From the NCBI RefSeq assembly GCF_009914755.1, contig NC_060937.1: a stretch of DNA of 64,000 nucleotides; one strand, given 5' to 3'. Position numbers and translations under genes: made by a program. Source of the DNA: the human T2T-CHM13v2.0 reference genome, Homo sapiens. Below the pieces are notes generated by a model that searched no databases, had not been told where the DNA came from, and worked only from the letters and a program-made list of their open reading frames with translations. This document shows, in pieces, positions 28,660-52,025 of the stretch; the first letter of the stretch is position 1, and every line of letters begins with the position of its first letter.

Positions 28660-28818
28660 AAATAAAACAGGGCTCTCTGTTAAAATTTAATTTCAGAAAA
28701 ACAGCCAATAATTATTTATTCATTACACTGTTTGGGACACACATACTAAAAATGTATTCCTCATATATCTGAAGTTCAAATTTAACTGAGGATCCTGTGT
28801 TTTATGTGGTAACCCAAC
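28660..28818. mobile_element. MER53 palindromic hAT MITE
   Basis: aaaacaggg...gttaaaatttaatttcaga / tctgaagttcaaatttaac...cctgtgtttta...ggtaaccc inverted arms around gggacacacatactaaaa. Confidence 0.8.
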
Positions 28819-29309
28819 CTACACCCTCCCACACACACAGCACACACATATACACACATGAATGGAAACAGCTGCCTTCCTACCTTATCCTATAACAATG
28901 GAGAGAACACAGGGTTCCATCTCTTCAGTCACTTGTAGACCACACTGCAGGCCCAGAGCATGTAGACCCTGATGCGCCTCTCAGGAAACAAGATGATCCT
29001 TCCCTTCTTTTGCTGGTCTTTGGCTTGTGTAAGTTTCCCCTTCTCCAATAAAACCTATTACTTAATCTGTATTCTGTGATGTAGTGGAATTATCAGACCC
29101 CTGGCACAGGACAAATGATGAACCAGATGGAACCCACCTTCTACAACAGAACTACACATGTGATATTTCTAACACTGCAAGTTCTTACTGACAAAATGTT
29201 TTCCTACATAGCTTAGCGTCTCATTAACTCTGTGTAATTTCTCCTACCTGAGAGAGGCCCTGAAGTGTATAAGCTAAAATGCCTATGCTAATTAGCACCA
29301 CACACTTTA

Positions 29310-29545
29310 GAGGCTGGGTATCATAGTAATGGAGCATGAGGGCTTAGGATCAGAGAGGTCTAGGCTCCAGTCTTTGCTCCACCAATTTCTAGTAACATGA
29401 ACCTCTGAACTAACTGCCTCCACTGTAGAATGGGCATCCTAAAAGCTCCCGCTTCATAGGACATGAGAAAATGGGATGAGCTAGGTCACAGTAATCAACA
29501 CACTGCCAGGCGTATGGTGCACCCTTATTGATATTGGTATTGATC
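29310..29545 (+). mobile_element. MIR SINE
   Basis: aacctctgaac...ccactgtagaatgggcat. Confidence 0.55.
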
Positions 29546-29899
29546 ATCATCAGATCTGGCCAGCCTCTGTCTTGACCCTACACTCTTTGGGTATTTGTCC
29601 CTTTTGAGGACACTGCCCCTGGACCCAGGTTGTTTCTCAAACTTCAGCTTGTTTGCTTTTGATAATGATGCCTATTCTCTGCTGGAATGTTACATAACTT
29701 GACTCTGTCATCTCTTCTTTTTAAGCATAGCGTGCATTGTTTCTTTGATACACTAAACGTTTCCTTTCTTATCACATCTCTTGTATCAGTTTGCTCCCTG
29801 CCTAGCTCCATGCCAATGAGCAGCAAATCAAAAATGTTTGATTAGTATCATCATCTTCACCATAAAATCATCAATGCATTTCATGAGAGGATGACCTTT

Positions 29900-30960
29900 T
29901 CTTTTTATTTTAACATTTTTACTTCTAACATTTTTACTTCTTTTATAATTATGAAAGCATTAATGTATTCGTTGCAACTAGTCAAATAATTCAAGGATGT
30001 ATAAAGAAAAATTTTCTCTTCACTCCCCCCATTCATTTCCATCCTACCCTCAACCTGAGGTTGATGCATATCTTTCCCTATCTTTCTATGGCTCATAGAA
30101 ACATGCGCGTGCACACACACACACACACACACACACATCTGTAAATATATACTCAGACATGGCATTACTCTTTTACTCTTGCTTTTATCAAAATGTATTA
30201 CACTAGTTATATTATTGTATCACTTTATTTTCTTATATAATGTCGCATAGATATTATTTTAATAGTGGAATAATAATCACTGAATGGATGTACTATATAT
30301 ATTCACCCTCTCATTATTGACAGTCATTAAGATTGTAACCAATTGCTATTCCAGTATTCACAATGCTGCAGTAGAAAGCCTTGCACATACATCTTTTATG
30401 CCCTGGGACTCTGTTGTGTATAGTGTGCATTCCCAGAAGTGAGGTTGCAGGTGAAAGGGTGTGTGTAATAGGGCAGGATTTGCCAGGAAGGTAACGAAGC
30501 CCTGGTTACACAAGCCCTTTAAAGGGTCCTAGACTTCATTTTGTATTTGTGATTTGCATTAATTTTCTTAAAGAAGCATGAATGAAATGCTAAAATGAAT
30601 GAAGCTAATAAAATTTAAGCTTTGAGCCCCTGTGAAACCTAGACTCTCCCTGAGTATATGTGTATTTAGTTTTAAAATATACTGACAAATTGTTGTCCTA
30701 AAATGTGGTGGAAATTCATGCCTTTACCAGCAAGACAGGGAACAGCCCAGGGGCCCCCGTCCTTCACAGCATTGGCTGTCACTGCATTTCCACCTGCCTG
30801 CCAATTTGATGGGTAAACATATGGTGTCTTATTCATCTATGTATATTTTATTTATTTCTGCAAGTTTAATCATTTGCCATATGTTTTTTGACCATTTAGA
30901 ATTCTTCCATGAATTGCATCACCATTGGATTTTAACCTTTTTCTCTTCGGTTTATAGAAT
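29900..30960 (-). mobile_element. Old L1ME-type fragment containing (CA)n at 30112-30137
   Basis: Antisense L1M 3' motifs (attcccagaagtgaggttgc, gccaatttgatgggtaa). Confidence 0.55.
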
Positions 30961-30974
30961 CTTTTTATGTCTTG

Positions 30975-31545
30975 GTTCATCCTTTCAACAAATATTGAGC
31001 ATCTACTATATTCAGGGCACTTCTACGAGCTGGGGATAGAGCAGTGAACAAAATCTCTGACTACATGCAGTTTCCTTCCTAGCTGAGGGAGACACTCTAA
31101 AATCAAATAAACAAGAATGTGAGGAATATGTCAAAGTGCTATAGAGAAAACAAAGCAGGGAAAAGGGAGAACCCAGGTGGGAAGGAGCTGCTCTTCTATG
31201 TAGGTTGATCAGAGCAGGCCTCACTGATAAGATGTTCAGGTCGAGCCAAGTATCTGTGGGGAGACCATTCCAGGAGGAGAGTCAGCGAGGGCAGGGAGGC
31301 CTGAGGTGGCAGCAGGCTTGGCCAGGAGGCCAGTGTGTCTGGAGCCACGTAGACCCAGGCAGGTGTGGGGGGAGGGAGGTGAAGTCAGGTAGTAGTTGCC
31401 CCCTCCCAGGTTATGCTGGGCTGTGTCACAGGGACGATGCAGCTGTTACTCTGAGCGAAATTATGAGCAGGTGAAGTTTCCATCCAAAGAGTGACATGAT
31501 TTCATTTATAAAGATCTCTCTGCTGCTGAGTAGGAAATAGATTGG
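30975..31545 (-). mobile_element. L2 fragment
   Basis: ttcaacaaatattgagcatctactatattcagggcac...gagtgacatgat. Confidence 0.7.
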
Positions 31546-32671
31546 ATATTATTTTATCTGCCATATCTATATCTGTTTCAAATGCATTCCCCAGTCTATT
31601 GTGTCTTTTGAATTTATGGTGGTTTCTATCGAGTATTAAAAACTAAAGATATTATGTTGTTAAATGTCTTTTGAATTCTCCCTCATCTTGCTTCTAAAGC
31701 CAAAGTGGTAGAAAAATCTGCATATTCTTTAATACTTTTGAATATCTTTTCCATCATTTCAGTTACAGATACAAGTGTTAGAAATCTAGAATCTAATCTG
31801 ACATCACAAAATATGATCCCTTTTCTCTATCTCAGATGGTCTAGAGTCACATTTAAGTACACATTTAATTCTTTCTATTTGTCTGGTTAATTGTTTGGAT
31901 GTTCTGAGATGCAAAACTATTTTATTTGTCAGAAAAGGAAAATAAACAGCAAGAAATCCTTGGCCTAGCCTCTTCATTCTGCTTCTATACACATTGAACG
32001 ACTGGGATTAATCACAATGAAACCTTGCATATAAGAATAAGAACGTCTTCCATTTCAAGACTGTGCACAAATATATAATGATAAATATATTGAAACTCAT
32101 GCTTTTTAAGGGTTAAATTGTCTATTTGTACTATTATAAGTAGGTTAAAATAACATTAATATCTGGAGGAATAGGAAGGAGAAGTTTTTTAATCACATGA
32201 ATAACGACAGTAAAAATTCCTCAGCTTTGGATCCTGTAGTTACTACTCTCTCAATGATGTATATAAGGTTGACTGTATTGGCAGTATTAAAATGAATACT
32301 TCGATATGAACCTGAAATTTTCCTATATATATATTGAATATACGGAAGTATAATCATAAAAATACAGTTATAACATTTATTATTGTGATTTACTTACTCA
32401 AATAATGTATGAATACCAGAAATTAGGCAATTCCTATTGTTTTAATTTTCTTTTTTTTTTTTTTTTATTATACTCTAAGTTTTAGGGTACATGTGCACAT
32501 TGTGCAGGTTAGTTACATATGTATACATGTGCCATGCTGGTGCGCTGCACCCACTAATGTGTCATCTAGCATTAGGTATATCTCCCAATGCTATCCCTCC
32601 CCCCTCCCCCGACCCCACCACAGTCCCCAGAGTGTGATATTCCCCTTCCTGTGTCCATGTGATCTCATTGT

Positions 32672-36499
<3,828 letters not shown>

Positions 36500-36562
36500 T
36501 ATGATGTTAGCTGGTGATTTTGCTCATTAGTTGATGCAGTTTCTTCCTAGTCTCGATGGTCT

Positions 36563-37579
36563 TTACATTTTGGCATGATTTTGCAGCGGCTGGTACCGGT
36601 TGTTCCTTTCCATGTTTAGCGCTTCCTTCAGGAGCTCTTTTAGGGCAGGCCTGGTGGTGACAAAATCTCTCAGCATTTGCTTGTCTATAAAGTATTTTAT
36701 TTCTCCTTCACTTATGAAGCTTAGTTTGGCTGGATATGAAATTCTGGGTTGAAAATTCTTTTCTTTAAGAATGTTGAATATTGGCCCCCACTCTCTTCTG
36801 GCTTGTAGGGTTTCTGCCGAGAGATCTGCTGTTAGTCTGATGGGCTTTCCTTTGAGGGTAACCCGACCTTTCTCTCTGGCTGCCCTTAACATTTTTTCCT
36901 TCATTTCAACTTTGGTGAATCTGACAATTATGTGTCTTGGAGTTGCTCTTCTCGAGGAGTATCTTTGTGGCGTTCTCTGTATTTCCTGAATCTGAACGTT
37001 GGCCTGCCTTGCTAGATTGGGGAAGTTCTCCTGGATAATATCCTGCAGAGTGTTTTCCAACTTGGTTCCATTCTCCACATCACTTTCAGGTACACCAATC
37101 AGACGTAGATTTGGTCTTTTCACATAGTCCCATATTTCTTGGAGGCTTTGCTCATTTCTTTTTATTCTTTTTTCTCTAAACTTCCCTTCTCGCTTCATTT
37201 CATTCATTTCATCTTCCATTGCTGATACCCTTTCTTCCAGTTGATCGCATCGGCTCCTGAGGCTTCTGCATTCTTCACGTAGTTCTCGAGCCTTGGTTTT
37301 CAGCTCCATCAGCTCCTTTAAGCACTTCTCTGTATTGGTTATTCTAGTTATACATTCTTCTAAATTTTTTTCAAAGTTTTCAACTTCTTTGCCTTTGGTT
37401 TGAATGTCCTCCCGTAGCTCAGAGTAATTTGATCATCTGAAGCCTTCTTCTCTCAGCTCGTCAAAATCATTCTCCATCCAGCTTTGTTCTGTTGCTGGTG
37501 AGGAACTGCGTTCCTTTGGAGGAGGAGAGGCGCTCTGCGTTTTAGAGTTTCCAGTTTTTCTGTTCTGTTTTTTCCCCAT
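36563..37579 (-). pseudogene. ORF1p: L1 ORF1 (RNA-binding chaperone) with nonsense codon R49X
   Basis: ATG at 37579, 1017-nt span (338 aa + stop); CGA>TGA at 37435-37433 (CpG transition); residual 248-aa ORF from M91. Confidence 0.95.
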
Positions 37580-38485
37580 CTTTGTGGTTTTATCTACTTT
37601 TGGTCTTTGATGATGGTGATGTACAGATGGGTTTTCGGTGTAGATGTCCTTTCTGGTTGTTAGTTTTCCTTCTAACAGACAGGACCCTCAGCTGCAGGTC
37701 TGTTGGAATACCCTGCCGTGTGAGGTGTCAGTGTGCCCCTGCTGGGGGGTGCCTCCCAGTTAGGCTGCTCGGGGGTCAGGGGTCAGGGACCCACTTGAGG
37801 AGGCAGTCTGCCCGTTCTCAGATCTCCAGCTGCGTGCTGGGAGAACCACTGCTCTCTTCAAAGCTGTCAGACAGGGACACTTAAGTCTGCAGAGGTTACT
37901 GCTGTCTTTTTGTTTGTCTGTGCCCTGCCCCCAGAGGTGGAGCCTACAGAGGCAGGCAGGCCTCCTTGAGCTGTGGTGGGCTCCACCCAGTTCGAGCTTC
38001 CCGGCTGCTTTGTTTACCTAAGCAAGCCTGGGCAATGGCGGGCGCCCCTCCCCCAGCCTCGTTGCCGCCTTGCAGTTTGATCTCAGACTGCTGTGCTAGC
38101 AATCAGCGAGACTCCGTGGGCGTAGGACCCTCTGAGCCAGGTGTGGGATATAGTCTCGTGGTGCGCCGTTTCTTAAGCCGGTCTGAAAAGCGCAATATTC
38201 GGGTGGGAGTGACCCGATTTTCCAGGTGCGTCCATCACCCCTTTCTTTGACTCGGAAAGGGAACTCCCTGACCCCTTGCGCTTCCCAGGTGAGGCAATGC
38301 CTCGCCCTGCTTCGGCTCGCGCACGGTGCGCACACACACTGGCCTGCGCCCACTGTCTGGCACTCCCTAGTGAGATGAACCCGGTACCTCAGATGGAAAT
38401 GCAGTAATCACCCGTCTTCTGCGTCGCTCACGCTGGGAGCTGTAGACCGGAGCTGTTCCTATTCGGCCATCTTGGCTCCTCCTCC
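37580..38485 (-). promoter_or_regulatory. L1 5'UTR: CpG-rich internal sense promoter with intact YY1 site, plus antisense promoter firing toward higher coordinates
   Basis: CAAGATGGCCG YY1 motif at the 5' end; the most CpG-rich stretch of the window; known L1HS 5'UTR architecture. Confidence 0.85.
38035..38250 (+). CDS. ORF0: L1 antisense ORF0, intact 71 aa
   Basis: MAGAPPPASLPPCSLISDCCASNQRDSVGVGPSEPGVGYSLVVRRFLSRSEKRNIRVGVTRFSRCVHHPFL*, Kozak gcaATGG; splice donors CAG|GTGTGG (38140) and CAG|GTGCGT (38225). Confidence 0.85.
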   Translation: MAGAPPPASLPPCSLISDCCASNQRDSVGVGPSEPGVGYSLVVRRFLSRSEKRNIRVGVTRFSRCVHHPFL

Positions 38486-39367
38486 TGTTTTAATTTTCAT
38501 TGACCTACATTTTTACCTTTTATACACATACACATACATACGATTGTACTACAATTTTGGTTGTAGGACTTATACAATTTCAACAGGACCCAATTCTTCT
38601 ATTCATGAAGGCAGAGTCTAAATCAGAATAGATAGAGCACCAGATGTAACTATGGTCAATGTCCTTAGGAAGAGAAGGGAACAATGGCCTGGTTAATAAA
38701 ATAAAGCATGTAATGCCCTCAATCGTGTCAGGCTGAATACAGATGACAGCTGTCAGAATGAAATAGGTGAGTGGGCAGGACATGTGCCAGCCCTGTGGTC
38801 CCTGCTCTGGGCCGAATATCCTCCTCTTAAATGGCTTTTGCACACATCCAAGTTTAAATTTCTAGACTGTTGTTCCTTCTTTCTGTTTCATTTTCTTTTC
38901 AACTCCATCTTCCACATATCCTGCACACACACACAGAGAGAGTTGCCCCCTGCTGCTCCCAACAATTTTTGATTGCCTGCTCAAGGGACATCAGAACCTC
39001 ACACCACCCAAGGGTGTCCTAATAGGGGAAAGGCAGAGTGAACCATGGCTTTTGCTCTCATAAAAAGCATGCATGGAAAATTATAGGGAAAAGGTGATTA
39101 CATTTCCTACTAGTCACAGCTTATAAGGCAAACTATGAAAAATGGTTAGGGCCACAGGTTTTCTAAAGGCACACAGACATATTCTTGCCTTCTGGGACTG
39201 TGGTCTGCATTTGAGCCAGCTGTCTATTAGTGCCCAGCCTGGAACCCCTCATGTCTTTCTGGAGTTAAGCCCTGAGGCTACTTAGATTCACTTTTTTTCC
39301 CCTCCTCATGACTGCAAAACTCAGTCTGCTTTCTTTTCACTTTTTAACTGACACTGGGCACCGCTAA

Positions 39368-39402
39368 ACACACACACACACACACACGCACACACATACA
39401 CA
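39368..39402. repeat. (CA)n microsatellite
   Basis: Imperfect CA run. Confidence 0.9.
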
Positions 39403-40495
39403 CCCCAGAGAAGTTATGTGAAGGGCTAAAGTCTACAGCTTCCTCTCTCTTTGCAGTGTCAAAGATGAGCACAGGAACCCTTTCTGTTTTCAAACTTTTA
39501 CTCTGATCACTTTGGAAAAACGATCATTGAGAAATCAATAATGCCACAGACTCATACAAAATGTTTATCTTCTCAGTCCCCAGGCTGTCGATCCTACCTC
39601 TGTTTCATGGCAAGACCTGGAAGGCCAGGTCAATTCCATCTAAATAGTTATCTCTTTCCAATGTATCCTTCTTTTATCTAAAGGTATCCCTGCTTCCAAG
39701 ATTTTCTTCTAAGAGCTTCCGTTATTTTTTTTAGGCAAAATAACACCCATGCAGGAAACAAACTTTTGGATGTCTTATACTTTCCTTGCTCTAACTTGGC
39801 AAGGAGAAAGGGCCACCACATTAAATAACAGTGTAATTTAAAAAAATATTCTTTGGTATATATTCCTTTGAGATGTATCTTAGATAGCTGCATATTGTGG
39901 AGAAAAGAGAAAAATCACCTTGGCAAATTCAGGAATGTCCTGAGAGAAGGCACAATCCTAAGCGTGTTCTTTGTTCATAATCGGACCCAAGAAACTACCT
40001 CAAGGGGGTAAAGGAGACACTCACAGTTTCTGACGTGGTCAGGCCATGGGAGTGGAGTTGGGCAGGGGGCTTCGGCTCCTTGGCACTGTTGCAAGCAGAC
40101 GAGGAGGGCGATTTGCCTCCAAGATCAACCTCCTAAGGAAGGTCCCCCCTACCCAAGGGAGGAGCCATCTCTGGGGGAGGTTGGGAGTCATCAAGGCTGA
40201 TGTGCTGGGGGGTGGTTTGATCAACAGTCTCATCGTGATAAGCTGGTTTAGAATATAAACCCGCCTTCCCATTCCACCACCCATCTATTTACATCAAGGA
40301 GGCATGTCTGTCACCAACTTGGAGGACAGACTGCAGGGCATCCCGGGAATCCAGAAGGATTGATGTCTGTCTTTGCCATTTCCTTCCCATTTTCTCCCCC
40401 ATCTTCCCCTTATTCAATCCTTATTATGAAGGACATATAAAAACTTTATTTTAAAAGGTTCATGGGTCATTTAATAATAAAAGTGAATAACATCT

Positions 40496-40806
<311 letters not shown>

Positions 40807-40907
40807 TTATTGGACAACTACTATATGTCAGGTGTTATCTGTTTTACAAATATTATTATGTCACATCATTCTCAAAAAGCCCTAAGAAATAGTTGCCATT
40901 ATTCCAG

Positions 40908-40996
40908 TTTATAGATGAGATGAGCTGAGAATTTATAGATGAGATGAGCTTGGAATTTATAGATGAGATGAGCTTGGAATTTATAGATGAGATGAG
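40908..40996. repeat. 24-bp minisatellite, about 4 copies
   Basis: tttatagatgagatgag starts at 40908, 40932, 40956 and 40980. Confidence 0.92.
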
Positions 40997-41024
40997 GAAT
41001 GTTCCTTCCCTGCTCAATTACTTC

Positions 41025-41490
41025 ATTCCTTCATTCACATATCAAACATAGATTAAGTATCTACAATGTATAAGGCCATGTCCTGAAGAGTAGAGCAACA
41101 GAGATAAAAGACACAGTCTCTACCCGGAGGTAGCTTGCAGTCTAATGGGAGTTCACTAAAAAATAAATTTTACAGTGTTGAATTCAGTGAGATAGATGAA
41201 AGTGTACATAAGGTGCTATGATAAGAAGGAGGAGGCACACCCACCCAAGAGGAGCGTAGGACCTAGCATCGGGGGTGGGAAGGGAGGTGGTGGGGAGTCA
41301 AGGATGGTTTCTCAGGGAAGGTGATGAAGGCTGAGCGGAGTCTTAACAAAACAAAGAAGTGCCAGGCATTGGGAATCTGGGCCAAGGGATAAATGACAAG
41401 CTGAAGAGATGAGCTGGGAACCACATCATGAGAGACAGGTGTTATCACGCTGAGAAACTGCGGTTTTATACTAAAATTAATGGGAAGATG
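41025..41490 (-). mobile_element. L2 fragment (resumes after 42672)
   Basis: cattccttcattcacatatcaaaca...gagcggagtcttaa, antisense L2. Confidence 0.6.
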
Positions 41491-41502
41491 CAAAGTGATT
41501 TT

Positions 41503-42659
41503 TTATTGTAAAAGATACATAACATAAATTGTACCATTTTAACCACTTTTAAACTTACAGTTCAGTGGGATTAAGTACATTCACATTGTTGTGCAACCGA
41601 CATCACTACCCATCTCCGAACTTTTCCACCTTCCCCAGTGAAATTCTGTGCCCATTAAAAAATAACTCCCCATTCTCGTGCTTCTCAGCTCCTGGCAAAC
41701 AACATTCTACTCTCTGTCTTTATAAATTTGACCACTCTAGTTACCTCACATAACTGAAATTATAAAGTATGTGTCCTTTTGTGACTGGCTTATTTCGCTT
41801 AGCATAATGTCCTTAAGCTTCATCCCTATTGCAACATGTGTCTGGATTTTCTTCCCTTTTAAGGCTGAATAACATTCCTTTTTTTTTGGAGGTGGAGGCG
41901 GGATGGAGTCTCGCTCTGTCACCCAGGCTGGAGTGCAGTGGTGTGATTTTGGCTCACTGCAACCTCCGCCTCCTGAGTTCAAACAATTCTTCCTGCCTCA
42001 GCCTCCGGAGTAGCTGGGATTACAAGCATGCACCACCATGCCCAGCTACTTTTTTTGTATTTCTGGTAGAAACAGGGTTTCACCATGTTGGCCAGGCTGG
42101 TCTCAAACTCCTGACTTCAAGTGATCAACCTGCCTCAGCCTCCCAAAGTGCTGGGATTACAGGCATGAAGGCTGAATAATATTCTATTGCAAGTATACAC
42201 TACAATTTGTTCATCCATTCATTTGACAATGGATGCTTGGGTTGCTTCCACCTGTTAACCAGTGTGAGTAATGCCTCTATGAACATGGCTGTACAAATAC
42301 CAATTTGAGTCCCTACTTTCAATTCTTTTGGATGTGTACCCAGAAGTAAAATTGCTGAATTACATGGTAATTCTGTGAAGTTTTTTGAGGAACCACCATA
42401 CTGTTTTCCACAGCTGCTGCATCATTTCACATTCCCAACACCAATGCACAAAGGTTCCAATTTCTCCATATCCTTGCCAATACTTGTTATCTTGTTTTTT
42501 TTTTAATAGTAGCCATCCTAATGGGGATAAGGTGATAGCTCATTGTAGTTTTAATTTACATTTCCCTAATGGTAAGTGATGATGAGCGTCTTTTCATGTG
42601 CTAATTTGCCATTTGTGCATCTTCTTTGGAGAAATATCTATTCAAGTCTTTTGCCCATC
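41503..42659 (-). mobile_element. 5'-truncated L1MA/MB 3' end
   Basis: Antisense L1M tail (accattttaaccactttt, ttaagtacattcacattgttgtgcaacc); TSD caaagtgatttt at 41491-41502 and 42660-42671. Confidence 0.88.
41879..42167 (-). mobile_element. AluS SINE nested in L1M, slightly 5'-truncated
   Basis: TSD aaggctgaataa(c/t)attc at 41861-41877 and 42168-42184. Confidence 0.95.
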
Positions 42660-43461
42660 CAAAGTGATTTTAAATAAGGGGTGATATAATCCGATTTGTG
42701 TTTCAGAAAGAGAAGTGCAGAAAGGACTGTGGTTCAGAGGTTGCCCAGGATGGACATGGGGAAACTGGAGTCTCACTGGTGATCAGGATGGTGAGGAGAG
42801 GGTGCAGCTAGGATGTGTGGAGGGGCAGGATTCCCAAGCTTGGCAATGTGGGAAGTGGAGCAGGGGAAAGTTTCAGGCTCTGTCCTGACAGTGCTGGTCT
42901 CCAGGCAGCAGGCAGGGGTGCTGTCTCTGCACAAACTTTGTCCCCTTCTGTGTGGCACCGAGTCAGAGCCTCTCCAGTCTTCGCCTACTTCTACCCCTGG
43001 ATATTCTAAGGTTTTCCTCCCTTTCATTCCTAGCGGATATCCCATCTGTTTCCCCTTCCTCTTTCTCTTTACCTGGCCATGAATTCATGTCCTTACCTGG
43101 CCACAGATCTGCTGTTTCTGGATACCCCTGTCTGTATCACCATCCTATAGCTCTCCCAACCTATTATTACCTCTTTCTGATTGTTCAAGGAAAATCAGGC
43201 CCTAATGTGGTTCTAGACAAAGAAGCGGAGAAAGCAGAAAACCCACAGGCCTGAGGCCACAATTAGGAGAAGATGAGAAAACGGGTATTTCGGTGTCTTT
43301 CCTTTGACTTCATGTAGCTCAATGCCCTCTCCTTCAATGAATTGATAAACATTTCTCACACGTTATTGTAACTGTTGGCTTATTTATCCATTTCTCAAAA
43401 AGTTTTAAATGGCACATATATATTTTCATGTATAATGTATATATTACATGTTTGTTATATA

Positions 43462-43464
43462 TGT

Positions 43465-43540
<76 letters not shown>
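43462..43540. repeat. Compound (TG)n(TA)n microsatellite
   Basis: TG run followed by about 21 TA units. Confidence 0.95.
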
Positions 43541-43543
<3 letters not shown>

Positions 43544-44749
43544 AAAGAATGATCAAACGCAAACTAACCCAGTCAGGGCCAAAATATATACTTAAACTGT
43601 GAGGCAGAAAAGATTTTGTACTTCTTCATAACAAGTGCCTTTTAATTTTCCAAAAGGCAACTTTTAGCAAATATTGTACTAAATACAACCAAGAAATCAA
43701 AGACATTAAATAAATAGTGAGAAAAATGTAATGAGGATGGCTCAGGTTTTGTGGTATTTAACACTAAGAAACCGTGTTACAACCCCATTAATGTATCTAG
43801 ATATAGGGGAACAGTACTAAATATATACTAAAATGACTCTATGTCACTTTTTAAACCCTTTTGATTATTAATTATTAGGTGGGGTCAAGAAAATCATAAA
43901 GGAGAAATATTAGGAAACGATCCATTCCATATGACGTGTGTTATCATCATGAAATCAGCAAGTCTTTGTTGGCAATTAAAATTTCATTATCGGAAGAAAA
44001 GTAGAACTAATAATTTTGTTTTTTCATAAAGATTTTAGCTGAGCAAGTTTTCTACTTCTTCTTTTTTTAGGTTGATATAGCTTTACTACAGAGCAGTAAA
44101 ATATACTGCCAAGTTTACTTACTCATCAATAAAAAGCAAGTTTTGAAAGTACAGCTTTTGTAGACTTGAACTTAAAAGTTGCTTCCCTAACTCTTATCCC
44201 TGGGAAATGATCTAGCATCCAAGTATGAGGAAACAACCTTTTGAGTAAGAATTGACAAGGTGTTATGCTATGATTCTGGAAAAAATAAACACTGCTCTCA
44301 GAAAACAGAAAGTGTTCTTTCCAGCAAATAAAGTTGCAGGCTGGTAGATGACACTTTATGGGAAGAAAGAGTTGTTTCAAACCCTCCAGCAGGATTTTAC
44401 ATTGAATAAGTGCCTTAAATAAAAATCACATCTGTGAGATACAATGTCACATAATGAACAATAGACAAGTCTTTTTCGTGTGCAGTTAAATCAATAATAA
44501 TAGGCAATGCTAAAGTTGTATGTTTTAGCCTTTGGTGACAAACTTATCTCTGCCTTATCCTCAGTTTTACCAAAAGTTGATTTTGGTTTTTTGTTTTCAG
44601 AAGCCAATTTTGCTGCTAGTTTTAAGAAAGAAAAATATATTACATGGTTAGTTTGGAATGAAGACAGGTGACAGTCCCAAGTCCCTGTTTGTGATGTACC
44701 AGTGAGTGCTAAAATCACCATCAGTGCAACACTACTTACTACAATCACT

Positions 44750-45930
<1,181 letters not shown>

Positions 45931-46448
45931 TTCAATATTTATTTGGCTGCTGCTCAACTCAACTAACTTAAAAACAAAGGATATATATTGGGTTTTAGAT
46001 CCCAATTTCTGGGATACGCATTGCCTCAAGAGTGGCTAAAAACAGAGGCTCAGTAGAGTTGATCAGAATTCTGTTTCTCTTCTCCTAAGTTGCACTTCCT
46101 GTGTTGACTCCTCACAAAGGCTCTCCATTGGGAGTTGCAATTCTAGGGGCTATATATTTCCAGAATCCAGGCCACATGCACAGCAAAATTCCTAAGATAC
46201 CTTCTGAGGGGTCTGCCTTGAGTCGTGGGCTCAAAATGAACCAAGTGCATGGCAGGGGAATGCTAAGCATTAATTCACTTTCATCAAGCATTCTGTTCTC
46301 CCCTGTGGACCTCCACCCAGGCCAAGTTAAATAAACATTAGGGAGAGACAGATTTCCAAATAAAAATCCAAGCTATTTTCAAGGAGAGCTGTAAACACAC
46401 ATGCTCCGTACAAATGCACACTATTTCTTTAACTAAGAAATAGATTTA

Positions 46449-46559
46449 GGCTGGGCATGGTGGCTCACACCTGTATCCCCTGCACTTTGTAAGGCAGGTA
46501 GATGGATGGCTTGAGGCCAGGAGTTCCAGACCAGCCGGGGCAACATAGAAAGATGGACT
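46449..46559 (+). mobile_element. AluJ left arm (5' half of the split Alu)
   Basis: Alu left monomer ending gggcaacatagaaagatggact; preceded by TSD aagaaatagattta (46435-46448). Confidence 0.9.
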
Positions 46560-51610
<5,051 letters not shown>

Positions 51611-51779
51611 GTGCTATATACCATCTAATCCAGCAGATTAATTAACATGACTCCAGGCTTTGATAACATTGAAATCTGCCAAAAATAAAATGCTTAATCC
51701 TAGGAAACAAATATTCTAGCTTTTGTAACTTCCAAAAGGAAATCCTGGCCCATTCTTAGCAGGATATTGAATTGTTTCC

Positions 51780-52015
51780 AATAGTAACAAAAATATTATA
51801 CACGGCATCTGTCTACAGAGTAGCTTCTATGTGCTTTACACTGCGCTAGGCATTTTACATGTGTTCCTATTTCCCATCACAGCAAACCTGCACAGTAGGA
51901 ATTAGCCCCGTTTTCTAGACAGTCTCTAGGCAGAGAGTAAATGGCTTGCCCACAGTGTCTGTGGCAGAGTAGGACTCAAACTCCTCACCGTCTTGTTCCA
52001 GAGCTTGTAGGCTTT
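51780..52015 (-). mobile_element. MIR SINE within the transduced segment
   Basis: cactgcgctaggcattttacatg...ggcagagagtaaatggcttgcccacag...gtggcagagtaggactcaaac. Confidence 0.7.
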
Positions 52016-52025
52016 TCTCTACCCT

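Noticed and set aside
40908-40996. CRISPR-like regularly spaced repeats
   Set aside because: Head-to-tail tandem units without unique spacers, in a eukaryotic context with no cas genes.
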